This document shows, piece after piece, positions 10,951 through 25,596 of a stretch of 64,000 nucleotides of DNA. Made by a program: the position numbers and the translations under genes. The notes beneath the pieces were generated by a model, which was given only the letters and a program-made list of their open reading frames with translations, did no database searches and was not told the origin of the DNA. Origin of the DNA: the human T2T-CHM13v2.0 reference genome, Homo sapiens. Position 1 is the stretch's first letter; each line of letters begins with the position of its first letter. The stretch lies in the NCBI RefSeq assembly GCF_009914755.1, contig NC_060926.1, one strand, 5' to 3'.

Positions 10951-12338
10951 GATCTACCCCACAGCAATAATGTAATACATCACACTGCAATAATATTAAA
11001 TCATGTAAAATATAATATGAAATAATATCATATGAAACCACTCGTCTCTTCCATTAGTCATTGAACCCTTCGAGGCTAGCGACACTGTTTTCTTTTTTCT
11101 TTTCCCCTCTATTCCCAACACCGTGTGAGCTATGTAACAGTCATTTAATACCTTTTTTGATGAATAGCATACCAGGTCAAATTGTAATCAAACCTATAGG
11201 ATAAAGAAGTTAGAATTTCTTTAGAATGATTTAGTTTCTGTTTATGTGTTGATCTCTTCATTTTAATTAAAGAAGCACTGAAAGTTGAGACAAAAAATGC
11301 TCTTTGGGCAGTTAAAATGGCACACATTGTTCTCTTATGATAAGACTGCCTATTTTCGTCCTGCCTTTACTTTCTTCCTCTCTCAACCCCTTCCTCACCA
11401 AGGGTTGTCTTGGATTCTGTCTCCATCCCAGCATCGCAATGACTACCCAGTGTTTTAGCTGTACTGTCTCACCCTATGCAGTTGCAAATCATAGGTCACA
11501 CTTCAATATTTTCTGATCACCAAATTCAAATGTAAATTGATCCACATGTGTCACCTGATAGGAAAACTGATGTCATTTATAAAGGTTGTGGGATTTTTGT
11601 GGGGTTTTTATTTCATTTACTGATGCAAGCTTTGAAAATGAATTTCTCTCTATTCTTTTTGAAAACTCTAAATTCTCCAGGGTTCTGGTAATATTGTATT
11701 AAGATAAAGGTCACTGTATAGTAGGTTCTCTCATCTTTCTTTTATGTGCACCCCGGCAATATGACACTGGAACCTACTTTTTGAGAAATAAAGCATATAA
11801 ATAATACATTATAATAGCAGTTTCTACCAGAAAAAGTTTATTGGAAATGTAGGCTTAACTATCTTAATGCTGAGTTTCTCAAAGGAAGAAATAATTTCTT
11901 ATTTTGCTCAGTATTTTTATAACTCTGATTCTGCTAGAATTAGCTTTTTTGACTATTTCCTTATACTTTAGAACTTGTACTGATTTAGTTGTAGGTCATA
12001 CACTGAAGGTTATACTACATGTAGCTGAAAGAAACCTTTCAGCTTTTGCATAGCTTGTTTTATTTTAAAGTGATTTTCTGCAGCCAATTCCCAGTGTCCC
12101 TAATTCAGGATTTGGATTTGCCCAAGATCAGTGCCCTGCTGACACTGACCTTTGTGTTTTTCCCACTATGGGCCAAAGACAGTGGACCAGGTCTCTGAAT
12201 TCTATATTCGAAAGGTGCGGTGTGAATATTTTTTCAAGTCAAATGTCTTATGGGTTTGTTGTTGCTTTTATAAAAATGAGCCTGTTTTCAGGATGCCAAG
12301 TTTTTGCCCTGAATTTTATACTTAATATTTAAATCTCA

Positions 12339-12597
<259 letters not shown>

Positions 12598-14378
12598 TCA
12601 TCACACTCATAAAAATTGTTGATGCCAATTTGGATTTAGAATTGATTTGCCCTTTAATGGGTATATTCACACAGAGACAAAAATTTCAACCTTCTCATTA
12701 ATAGGTGCCACATTGTTAATGTCCAATATTGTAAAATTAAATCTGTAAAAACGTTTGAGTGGGAAGAATTTTGGAATTCAGGTTTGGGAGAGTCATTTGA
12801 CGTCTAGTTGTTTTTTTAATATGGAGAAGAAAATGGAAGGCAACATGTTCTAGGAGCTGAGGACCAGACTTATGAAAGAACAGGGAAAACCAGAGGCTGT
12901 AGAGATATCTCAGTTGAGGGGACTAACAGGTAGGTAACACTTTGCACAGCACAATTCACTGCCCCTTGCCTACTTACCCACCTGCCATTGCACGAGTGTC
13001 TATGAAAAGCACAGGAACTAAGTCAGATGTTTACACAAGGCAAAGGAGTACAAAAAGCATATATATGAAGTATGAAGCCTGTATTTATTTTAATAACAGA
13101 GAAATCAGTGGATTATGAGAATAGAGGTGCAGTTTTTAAAGAGTTTTATACAAAAGAGGGTTTTCATTTCTCAACAAATGGGTAGTGGAGTCACCAGGGG
13201 CATTTTTAAGATACTATCCCAAGAAAGAACTAGAAAGCATCATGATTTTATGCGGCAAAGATAATTGGGGATCTTTGTAGAGAGGTTGAGAAGATTAATT
13301 CCATAATTATTGGCTCTGCAAAATGCAGTTTCTGTTTTGCAGAGCATGTTGTGGCTTTTAACATTAAAATGGCTTTGAGTGAGTTAAAAGGAATGCCTTC
13401 CCCTTTCAAGTTGCTACAAAATAACAGTGATTGAGACCTTACTATTGCTTATCTGAGGCTCAGCCTCAGCATGCAGAATGAGTGGGTTCAAAGTGGATAT
13501 TCTCAATGGGGGATTCCCATCTTCGTAAGTAACTGGGGAACCTTTACGTAATTTTTATACTCTTTGAGTAATTTCATTCCAGAGATTAGAAGTCAATTTT
13601 ATTAAAAAATTTATAATGTTCACTGCACACTTTTTGCACCCACAAAAGTACACTAAAAGTTTTTTGCACTCACAGAAGTACATGAAATCTAGGAAAAAAT
13701 CTACTTTTAAAATAATTTTTCTTAAAAAATTGCATTGATAATTGAGTGTTATCCTTTTGATATTAAGTACTTTCTAAAAGAGAGTAGAATTATAAGAATA
13801 AATGGCTTCCAAATTAATTCCCAAAGGAGTGAAATAGCTCATTGACAGTCAGAACTACAGTCTCTTACTTTACATTTTAAGAGAATTGATGGTCAGCTAG
13901 CCCTTTTGTTAGTTATATATAGGAGTAGTTTTTCATACTCACTTACCAATATTTATTGCTGTCCTTCATATTGGAAGATGCTGCTGTTAATGGTGATAAC
14001 TGTGTGACAAGCGTGACTACCGAGATTTGTGACTGGGCTTCTGTGCCGTGTGCACATTGGGAGATCGGCGTTGATTTGCAGCCACATCTGAGATTTGCGG
14101 AGCTTGTCACTGTTAGTGACTACCCCAGACTTGAGGTCAGTCATCAGTAGTTTACAGACATGATTGCCCATTCCTTACTGACTCACCCACATTGAGAGAA
14201 GATGAAGCTGAAAAAAAGAATGACCTGGTAGTCTCCCTTCCAGATTTTAACTCCAACTGTACATGGTTTTGGATATGTTAAAAAAAAATTGCCTATTTTT
14301 AATTGTTTCTCCTCACCAAAAGACAGAATTGGTTAATCGGGTGATATTAACAAGCATAATTTTTTTCTATTTCCTACA

Positions 14379-14380
<2 letters not shown>

Positions 14381-14409
<29 letters not shown>

Positions 14410-14687
14410 GAGACGGAGTTTCGCTCTGTCGCCCAGGCTGGAGTGCAGTGGCGCGATCTCGACTCTGCAAGCTCCGCCTCCCGGGTTCACGCCATTCTCC
14501 TGCCTCAGCCTCCCATGTAGCTGGGATTACAGGCGCGTGCCACCATGCCCGGCTAATTTTTGTATTTTTAGTAGAGACGGGGTTTCACCGTGTTAGCCAG
14601 GATGGTCTCGATCTCCTGACCTCGTGATCCGCCCGTCTCGGCCTCCCAAAGTGCTGGGATTACAGGCGTGAGCCACCGCGCCCGGCC
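14381..14687 (-). mobile_element. Full-length young AluY, AluYg6-type
   Basis: Most CpGs retained, T29 tail, TSD TATTTCCTACATCTT at 14368-14382 and 14688-14702, Yg6-type diagnostic bases. Confidence 0.9.
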
Positions 14688-14800
14688 TATTTCCTACATC
14701 TTATTTCATAACACAGGCCTACATATCTTTGGCAAATTTTGCAGATTAATTTATAACCTATATAATCTAGATTTTAATTGCTCCATACATGCATTAATTT

Positions 14801-14824
14801 GTGTGTGTGTGTGTGTGTGTGTGT
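14801..14824 (+). repeat. (GT)12 microsatellite
   Basis: Read directly from the sequence. Confidence 0.95.
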
Positions 14825-16701
14825 TAAACTGGAAGGAGCAAGAGTGTTCTTACTTTAAGAAAATCTTGTTTTAAGATATTAAATCTTTTTGTTCCTTCTT
14901 CTTAATCCCCATGAACATATTTTCACTTTGTTTTGTTATCCTGCATCTTGATTTATACATCAGGCACTGTGTTTTATGAAGGACAGCACAAGAAAAACCT
15001 ATCGGTGTATTTTTTAGTTGTCTTTTAGGGAAGCGTTTGAAACAAATAACTAAGAGGAGAGTTGAAGTGATCAATGTCTTTGCTTTCTCAAACAATAGGC
15101 ATTATTAATTGGGAACTGGCTTATTTTAGAGTCTGTACTTTGGGTTTTATCATCACTACTGATTAGCATCAGTAATTTCAGTCTAACACACTTCCATTGT
15201 TGATTTCCTTGCCTCTAGCCTGCTGTAGAGTATATCACAATAAACCATCTTTGCAAAGATTTAATGACATCATGGAAAGAGTGAATAAAGTACTAAAGTG
15301 ACAAGAAAGATCATTCAGCTCCTGAAAAAGTTTTCAGATGACATTATTCTATGGCTGTATAAAGTTGTCTACAGGGTATAAACATGCACTGAACACTACT
15401 CTTAATTTTCCCATTATGTCACATAACCATGAACAAAACTCAAATACGTTTATTCTGGCTACAGAATTGATACAATAATGAGACCATATATATCTTATGA
15501 AGAATAAATAGTATTGAAGATTTGAAGATTATAATATTACATATCAATTTGTAACAATTACCAAAGCTCAGAAGGTTTTTTTTAATTAAACATTATTGGG
15601 TTGGGATTTTGAAATAATTTTTGTTTTAGTATTTACCTTTCACTACCATTGTTACATCTTGGTTTGGGATTTTATTTCTAGTATCTGCATTTATATAAAT
15701 TTTTCTGTTTGTAAAAAGGCAGGCATTATGGTTTCTTTTTTATAGTCTAGGTCCTTTCTACTTTTGAGCGCTGACCATAGAATTTTAGATCTAAAACAGA
15801 ACTTTGAAATTATTTTATCTGACTCCCTTATTTTAGAGGTGATAAAAGAAAGACTAACAGAAACTTAGTGATAACACACTTCCATTGTGCCAAATAATGG
15901 CACAGCTCATTATTTGCAAAAGCAGTATTAATATGTCACTTTCCTGTGATCTTTTTTCTATATTTTACTACCTTCAGGTTTAACAGAAAAATACCAGCTC
16001 ATTTGCATCTTCTTTTCCAATAAATATGTTGGATTCAATGATTTATCTCAGCCAATTGTCTATAGAAATGTGATATCAGGACCTATCACCATGACAACAC
16101 AGAGTTACAAGTAGACAAGAACAATAAAATACTGGCACATCAAAAATCAGTCTTTGATACAGATTGAGTACAATTTGTCAAACTAGCCTAAGTTTCCAAA
16201 GGCTGTAATAAAAATGGGGCCCATTGTCTAAAACAGAAAAATTATGTAATTAAACCAAACAATATAGGCCAAAATAAAATTAAAATATATTACATTAAAC
16301 ATTACCCATTTATTTTCACTGAGACTACTTTATACTTGGATGTAACAAAGGAGCAAAATTAGCTGTGCTTTCTCATGTATTTTGATGGTTTTAGAAAATG
16401 AGGACCCATTTTTTTTTTCACTTAGCAAACTCTCACCTCTCACTAGATGGCAGGAATGGAGTATGCAAAATAGATGGTATATGCAAAAATCTCTAATTCT
16501 GTGGCATTAGAACAACAACAACAACAAAAATCTCTAAACTGGCTGATGATCAATATCACCTAAGGAAGGACTGTTGCAAAAATTCAGATTCCTTGACCTT
16601 TCCATCTTAAATTCCAATTTACATCATTTAAATCTATGTTATTCTAAAGTTTCTCAGATTATTATAATTCTCAGTAGGGTTTGGGAATCACTGCTATAAT
16701 T

Positions 16702-17232
16702 CAGCCTTTTCTAGATTGTTTTCTAAGGAATGCTAGCATCCTGTGTGATTGTTCATAAGGGTTTCAGTTATTTTTCATGGTCAAATAAATTTGAGAAATG
16801 ATGCATCCTTTAACCTCTCTTGGAAATGAGCAGTACACGTTAGTATACTGAGACTACTTGAGCATACTGAAAGTTAGGTTTGTTTGAGAGTTAGTACGTA
16901 TAGTTCAACAGCTGAGAGCTCAAAAGTGTGGTGAAAATTGGATTTTAAAGCCGGCCCTACCACTTACCAGCCAACTGACCTAGGCACACATTACTTCACC
17001 TCTTTCTCTATGTACACATCTATAAAAGAGAGATAATAGTAGACAGTACTTGGCATGCACCACGTGATTTATAAAAGCTACCTGATATTTTTACTACGAT
17101 TACTATTAATACTAAACTGTATTTCATCCAGAATTTCACAAATTTATGTGACAGTAGAACACTTTTTTTTCTCAGAACACTTATTAACATCTTAAAGTTC
17201 ACAAAAGTTCAATGAAACACAGTTTAAGAAAT
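16702..17232. mobile_element. MER103-like hAT-Charlie relic interrupted by a MIR (~16900-17110)
   Basis: ggtcaaataaatttgagaaa at ~16780 and its inverted counterpart tttcacaaatttatgtgac at ~17135; family name from recalled consensus. Confidence 0.4.
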
Positions 17233-17471
17233 ATTTTTCTAATGATTCAAGATAGGCTAATTCCTTTGACTTTTATGAGCAGTTAATGATGAAAATCTAT
17301 TTTTTCTCAGCTTATCTTTTAATATTTTGTCCTTTGTAAAGTTCCCAAAATTGTATTTAATGCGATTATTTATGGAAATGTATTAATTTGTGTTACAAAA
17401 GACAATTTAGTTGAAAAATGACTTTTAAAAAATAGTGGTAATATCAACTACAAGTAATGGATTCTCTAAGA

Positions 17472-17672
17472 CAAGGGTCAACACACTATGCTCCATGAGC
17501 CAGATCCAGTTCACAATCCATTTTATTAATAAAGCTTTATTAAAACACAGCCATGCTCATTCACTTACATATTGTCTATGGTTGCTTTTAGAATATTCCA
17601 GGCACTGTATGACCCACAAAATCTAAAATATTTACTATTTGGCTTTCTATAGAGAAGGTTTGCTGATCCTTG
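17472..17672 (+). mobile_element. MER58A (hAT-Charlie) DNA transposon
   Basis: TIR-like ends caagggtcaaca...tgctgatccttg; internal aataaagctttattaaaacacagccatgctcattc matches recalled MER58A. Confidence 0.75.
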
Positions 17673-18391
17673 CCTAATCTGGAATCAGATATTCTTCCCT
17701 TTCTACTTCTCTCAAACTGTGCTGTCACCAAATCCTTCTAACTTGCACTCTTGAAGGTTACAGCCGTTTGGGTACTGCTGGATATCAGTTCTCTTTAATC
17801 AGTGCGTGGTCTCAGGGATCTCTTTTCACACAAGTAAATTTCAAAAAGCCTGTAGATTTGCCTATTTTAAATGTATACATACTTAACAGCAGGCATGTTC
17901 AATCCTATTTCTCTGCATTCCTGACTCAAAAGAGCACAGCTTTGCTCTTTGCACTGATGTATCATAACTTAATAATTTTCCATTCACTGAAAATTCTCAA
18001 ATAAAACAGATAAAGATTAATTTTTTATCTTTTTATATCCCATGTGTTCTCTTTTGATAAGTCAAAAAGTTATCTTTAATTTAATATAATAGATATATTT
18101 AGGATTATATTAAGTGAAAACATGTATACATTATTTCTGCTTACTTAGGTACTCAGTCCATTATTGCATTTGTAAAATCAGCTTACATACACAATCCACA
18201 GTTTGATCCCATTAAATAAATATCCCTTTCATATAGAGAAGCGGTAGATCTTGTGGGCTATACCAAAATATAGAAGACAGAAATCTGACCCTCAAGGTGC
18301 GCCTAGTCTATCTAAAGGAATAATACAGGTACCACTGATGATAAGTAGCTTATGATGACTGCTCTAGGAACTCAGATGAAGAAAGAATTCA

Positions 18392-18699
18392 GACCGGGCA
18401 CGGTGGCTCACCCCTGTAAAACCAGCACTTTGGGAGGCTGAGGCGGGCAGATCACCTGAGGTCAGGAGTTCAAGACCAGCCTGGCCAACATGGTGAAACC
18501 CCATCTCTACTAAAAATACAAAGATTAGCCTGGCATGATGGTGGGTGCCCATAGTCCCAGGTACTTTGGAGGCTGAGGCAGGAGAATCACTTGAACCCAG
18601 GAGGTGGAAGTTTCAGTGAGCCGAGTTCTGGCCATTGCACACCAGCCTGGGTGATAGAGTGAGGCTTCGTCTCAAAAAAAAAAAAAAAAAAAAAAAAAA
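18392..18699 (+). mobile_element. AluS (Sx/Sz-like)
   Basis: Full dimer, A26 tail, degenerate TSD aag(t)aattca. Confidence 0.93.
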
Positions 18700-20124
18700 G
18701 TAATTCAGTCTGAAGAACTAAAGGAAGATATGCTAAGAGTGGGGGTTGCAATGCATTAAAAGCAGTTTAGACAAAATTGGAACGTTTGCAAACCTAAAGG
18801 CAAAGCTTATTCAGAGAAATGGTGTCAAGCCGAGTGACAAGATCAAAGGGTATACAGAGTTAGAAATAAGAGTGAGGCGGGAGCATGGGACCAATTCACA
18901 GCATGAATGCTAGGCTAAGGAGCTTGGGTCAAAGTCTGAACTGAGTAGACAGCCACCAAACGGCTTAGATCAAAGAAGCAACAAAACTAGATTTGTGCCT
19001 AAAACAAATACCAATAATAGTTGGCAATTTCATTAAGTATCTTGCACATGCATTTCCTTATTAAATTATTGAATCCTAAAATATTTTCACTCCCATTTCA
19101 CAAATGAGAAAACCAAGATTCAGAGAAATTTGTGCCTTTGTCCTTGTCATATAAATGGAGATTATCAAACTTGGCAAATCAAAAAAGGTCTTCTAACTCT
19201 AACTCTAGGGTTTTCTCTCATATCTTACCAGCTTTGATTAATTCACTATGAACATTATGCAAGTAATGTGGTAGAGATAGTGTAGTTTTCATTTTGGGTG
19301 TATATATTTCCTATATTGTTGAATGTGTTCAATTATAAGTCTATTTCATGTTTAGTCACCTCTTTTTCACAGAAATGTGGCACATTGCTAACATGAGGAA
19401 AATTCTTTCCCTGCTTTATAGGGCTTGACTGGTTTCATTTTAAAAAGCTCCCACTGTCAAAAGAAGTATGCTTCTAAGGCACATTCCTATCCATTTAAAA
19501 AACAAACTGCATTCTGAATGCAGTGAGGATTGGCCAGGATTATTTTTGCCAATTTAGAGATTAAAAACAAAATTCTAAATCAGTGAAATACAAATTTTTA
19601 AAAAAGAAAATGCAAAACTTGTTAATAATTCTTGCAGTCTTAGAAATGCACACTCTCTAATACTTCACTTATTTTCACACGTTAGCTTTATTGCTCTCTC
19701 CTAAATATGACAGAGAAAAAAACAAAATTGTTCAGTGTAACTTTAATTTTCCCCCAACATTAAAAATAAAATCCTGCTAAAATTGCAAACCTTTGACTGC
19801 TGAGATGTAGAAAGCTTCATTAGAGACAAAAAGGAGAATCAGAGAATTTTTCTTTTGTTAATGAGACTCTAGGACATTCACATTGAAACTAAAAGATACT
19901 TAAATCAAGACTCCAAAAACTGTGAGCTAAAGTTACCCTGTTAAAAATCTGTTTTTGGCAAGAATCTGATTAAAGATTGAAGTTTCATCTCTGTAAATAA
20001 GAATCCAATTAACTATCTAAAAATACTGTCCAATGCCATTCTCAATCGAACCACAATTTGAGTGCAAACATTGTTGTGTTTTAGAGATGTAACACAGATT
20101 GCTTTCAAAACTCTGAAAGATGTA

Positions 20125-20489
20125 CAATTGTCCCTGGGTATACACACACAGAGGATTGGTTCCAAATCCTCTCCAATACCAAAATCTGCAAATACTCTGT
20201 AAAACTGTAAGATACAAATTTCTTACATAAAATGGATTAGTATTCGCATATAGCCTATGCACATTCTCCCATACACTTTAAACTATTTCTAGATTACTTA
20301 TAATTTCAAATACAATGTAAATGCTGTGTAATAGTTCATTATACTGTATTGTTTAGTAATAATGGTAAGAAAAATAGTCTGTAAATGTTTAGTACAGAAA
20401 ACCATCCATTTCCTTTCCAATACAGTATTTTTGATTCACAGTGGGTTGAATCCATGGATATGAAACCCACGGATATGAAGGGCTGACTG
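20125..20489 (+). mobile_element. MER2 (TcMar-Tigger) DNA transposon
   Basis: TA|caattgtccct ... agggctgactg|TA termini with TA target duplication; internal ctagattacttataat...aatacaatgtaaatgct. Confidence 0.85.
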
Positions 20490-20689
20490 TATGTTTTACA
20501 AATTCAACATTTCAAATAATTCACAATGAATATCATTATGCCGTAATTTAATAAGAATAAGTTATAACTAATATGCTCCCTTGAGGAATACACAGCCATT
20601 GCAAATGGACGAAGAGTGGGGAAGGAAACTCTGACGAAGTTGAAAGCTATGATGGCAATCATAGTCATGTAATCAATCCCACATCGTTT

Positions 20690-20880
20690 ACATGTGCTTT
20701 CACATATTATATAGTTTAGTCTCAAAACAATCCAATGAGAAAATTAGAGCACTCTTAATATTTTATTATTAGCTCCATCTTACAAGCGAAAAACCCAGGC
20801 TCAAGAGGTTTAAGTAACCTGTCCAAGGTAGAACAGCAAGCTATATTTCATGCCAGGATTTCAGCTGCAAATGTGCTTAT
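20690..20880 (-). mobile_element. MIR SINE
   Basis: ccatcttacaagcgaaaaacccaggctcaagaggtttaagtaacctgtccaagg core. Confidence 0.65.
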
Positions 20881-22123
20881 TTCACATTATCATATAGCCA
20901 AGTTCCACTGGGTGATAGCACTAACAATTTTTATACATGGTTACAAAATTATCACTGCTTCTGCCATACCTTGTCCCAAAGTTATACACTAAAGTAGAGA
21001 GGTTTATCAAGAAAGTACTCAGTCAAGATTTTTTAAATTAAAATATGTTTTCATGTTACTGCCCATAAGCCATCTCAATATATTTTTGTGGAATGAGATA
21101 AGCTATGAACTAAGCATCAAATAATGAACTATCAAATTCAGTAGGAAATTACTGTTTGGACTTTAGAAATATATTTCAATACCAGCAGTGATAAAGCACT
21201 TGTTATTATTATATTTTAATTACTCTTTCTTCATAACCTGTCAAAGTATGACATCAGCAAATATAAAATGAAGAAAAAATTTCAATTTTTAGAAAATCTT
21301 TGCACACAGACAGTGGCAAAAAAAAAAAAAAAAAAAAAGGAGTTCCTGAGAAATAATCTGATTGGCACTTCTAATACAAATGGGTTTGGTTGTTCCAGGG
21401 TGATAACTCCCATCCCTTAGACCCTAAAAGGTCTTAAATTCAGTGTCATCCACACACGTTTAGCAGGCTGAGTTATGGCTCTTTCTCTTTTCTGTTATCA
21501 CTTCCTTTCAATGTTTTCTGCAGAATAGGCCAGGTCATATTCATCTCCTATGATTCTTTCAGGCTGTAGAATTCTCCTAGTGATGTACTCTTCCCCAACC
21601 ATATGTGACCTTGCTTTATTGCTGTTGTAGATGACTGATTCTTTGTCTGATATCAACAATCTCTCCTTTCCAGTGTCAACAGAAAAGTTTTGAAGTTACA
21701 CAGTTGCTCACTTTTTTCCTGTTGCATAAACGGGCGATAAATGTAGCACCTTCAGCATGAAAATACATGGGTTCTGCTTACAGTACTCAGTTGCTTTGTC
21801 AAGAATGTTTTTTATACCAAAGCCAACTGTCAATCCAGCTTGTCAGTGAAGGACTAAGGACGGCTGCTTTTCCTGAGTATTTCACAAGTATAGGTGTGAT
21901 ACTTCATCAAAACCTCGATTTTATATTAAATCCTCAAGTTTTTGTCTATATGTCTGGGCCCTCCTTTGATTATCATAAAGGCAGCTAAATTATCTTTTTC
22001 CTCTCTTAAATATACCCTGATATTTCCTTGATAAGCATACTGTGCCTACTTTAAAAAAAATACATCTTTGATTGCAAATAAACAGATATTATTGCTTACA
22101 TTCTCCTTACCTATATTTTTTAA

Positions 22124-22637
<514 letters not shown>

Positions 22638-24702
22638 TAATTTTAGGAAAAAAAAAAAATAGAACATTGATAAAATGTCACTGTTGTGTAGCAACAATGG
22701 CAATTTCAAGAATGAGCAAACTTTTTTTTACTTGATAATTAATAATTACAATTGGGTACTTCATCAGTTGTTTTCCAATCTTCTAATATTTTACTTTAGC
22801 TCAGAGTGCATGCAAATAAAAATACAAAGATTAAATCCAGTGGCTAGGTTTTCTATTATAGTAGTACCGCCAGTTATTCTTACAGAAAAGGTATTTGTTT
22901 TTTAAAAACATCAAAATATGTGTTTACAAATATTTCAACTCTTCTTCTAGATTGCATTTATTGGAGTAGGAGAGATATATAGTTCATCTCGATATACCTT
23001 ATATACACTACTTTGTATACAATGTATGTTTAATGAATATGCTGAATTTTTTTTTAAATTAGACATCATATTTCTGAATTGTAGTTTATTACCTACCTAG
23101 TTTATTATATCTACATGGGCAAAGCTATGTGCACTCCATAATCATTTCACTAAAATGCTTATGTTTTCAACAAAAATGAAATGTTTTTTGATAGACATGC
23201 TGAAAAAATATACTCCAGAATGTATTATCAAAATACAAACTCCACCAGAAAAAGCCAGGGCAGCTACTACTTAACTCGTAATGCAGATAATAATACCACG
23301 ATATACATTTGCTGAGTAACTGAGATGGTTATTTTAAAAAACTCTGTGCATCTGCTTTTTTTTATTTGCTTCCTCAGTATTAAAATTCTTAAAGAAGTTT
23401 CAGCTTGATGTCCATAATTTGATGAGTTACAACCTCAGTGTTCCAAATATGCTCCAATCAATAGAGCAGATCGCTGAAGAGGTCATCACAATCTCATAAG
23501 ACCAGGAACACTGAGGAGCATTTTAATCAGTGATGCTATGGGTCATCTTTTAGACAATTGTGAATTTTGGTTAAAACCCATTGGATCAGTTGATTATTAG
23601 GTGACACCTGTTGCATGCAAATTACCGGCTACGGGAGTGGCAGTGGATGCTAAATACTTTTGCACTTTGTAATTTAATGTATATTTTAATGAAGTGAACA
23701 GTGAGATTCCTGACAGGCATCAGCAACTTTGAAATAGAGTCTTCCAAATTTTCATACAGTTTGAAAGTAATGAGATTTGTTCCTTAAAGTGATAAAATTT
23801 ATGCCATAAATTAGCTCTAAAAGAAGAGTGCTTCTAAAAGCTGTATTTTTTCCTTTGTGGAAAAGATTAGATTTTAAATAGTTGTTTAAGGGGAGTTTTT
23901 TGAAAAGTAAACAAAGATTTTCTTTGATCATTTTTGCTTATTATGAAAGAAATGAAGTACCCCTTGGACTCTGAAGCCTAATATCACTTGATCAGAAGGA
24001 AACCCATTTATAGGGTTAGGAGGTATAAACTTGGCTCTTAGAATATATCCCATCTATTTGCGTATCCGTCCCTTCAGCTTTCAACAGTATTCACAGACAA
24101 CTTTCTAAGAAACCCGTGTTGTTTTCAGAATATTCAAAATGTGTGTTGTTGGGCTTTGTACTCTATCCCATCCTTTTGGGAAATGGACATGTTTAAAATC
24201 AGGACTTGTTCTGAAAAAAGATTTTCTAATATACTAAATTGTTGTGCTTAATAAGCAACCATTAAAATTGATACACATTATAAAATGAGACTAGCTTTTT
24301 CTCAGACCCTTTAGCAATTCCTCTGCATGTACTCTTGTCCAAATTTAGTTAGCACAGTATTTTCTAGTGCAATAAAAGTCTGTAATCATCTACTGCTAGA
24401 TAACCTAGTCAATGGAGTGCTTGAAGATTGACTTACCTGTGATCTGCATGATGAATATTATGAATTTAAAATTACCTTTAGAGGGTGAGTTTATGTGCAT
24501 TGCCATAATGTTGGAACCCAAATAGTTATTTCACGACTCACAGTCGGAAACCTTTTTCCCCAAAGTGCCCATTATAATATTTAAATAAAATACAAACATC
24601 TCATTGACTCAAAATCATTTTCACGCATAAGGAACACAGATGAAGCCGCCCAGAGATATGGTTTAGCAAATAAGAAAACATAGATTATACATAAATGATT
24701 AT

Positions 24703-24990
24703 GCATTTTAGTTAACAAATATTTGTTGAGTATCTGTCATGTGCTAAGATGTCTTCTAGGTGCTGAGAATACAACAATGAACAGTATATTATAAGGAGAT
24801 TAGAATCTATGAGGACAGGAGCAAATTTACCAAAAAAATGTAAAGAAATCAGTAAGATAGTTTCACAGACTGATGAGAGCTCTGAATGGTTGACATGATG
24901 GACAGAGAAGATGAAGGGGCTGGAAGGCCTGAGTCATCAGGGAATACCTCCCTGGGGAGGTGGCATTTGAGTTGACACCTAGATGATGAG
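24703..24990 (-). mobile_element. L2 LINE 3' fragment
   Basis: ttaacaaatatttgttgagtatctgtcatgtgctaag...ctaggtgctgagaataca. Confidence 0.65.
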
Positions 24991-25249
24991 ACTTCAGGAA
25001 AAGAAAATGGGTTCGTTGCTTTTCATTCTTTCATTTTACTTGTTGATTTATAATGGCCAGTTTCACCATTCACAACTACTCTTTATCTGAAGCTTCTAAT
25101 AACAATTGTGATTTTAGTTGCCTAAACCAATATTTATGAAAGAGTCTCATTTTGCTCTATTAACTATACTGTGTATAGCAGGAAACCCCTTTCTAATCTA
25201 GGGCCAGCTGGGACAGCATTTGGAATTGCCATACAAGGTATGCATTTAG

Positions 25250-25596
<347 letters not shown>

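Noticed and set aside
13631-13682. 22-bp direct repeat with 30-bp period as a CRISPR-like or minisatellite unit
   Set aside because: Only two imperfect copies in eukaryotic intronic DNA; a simple local duplication.
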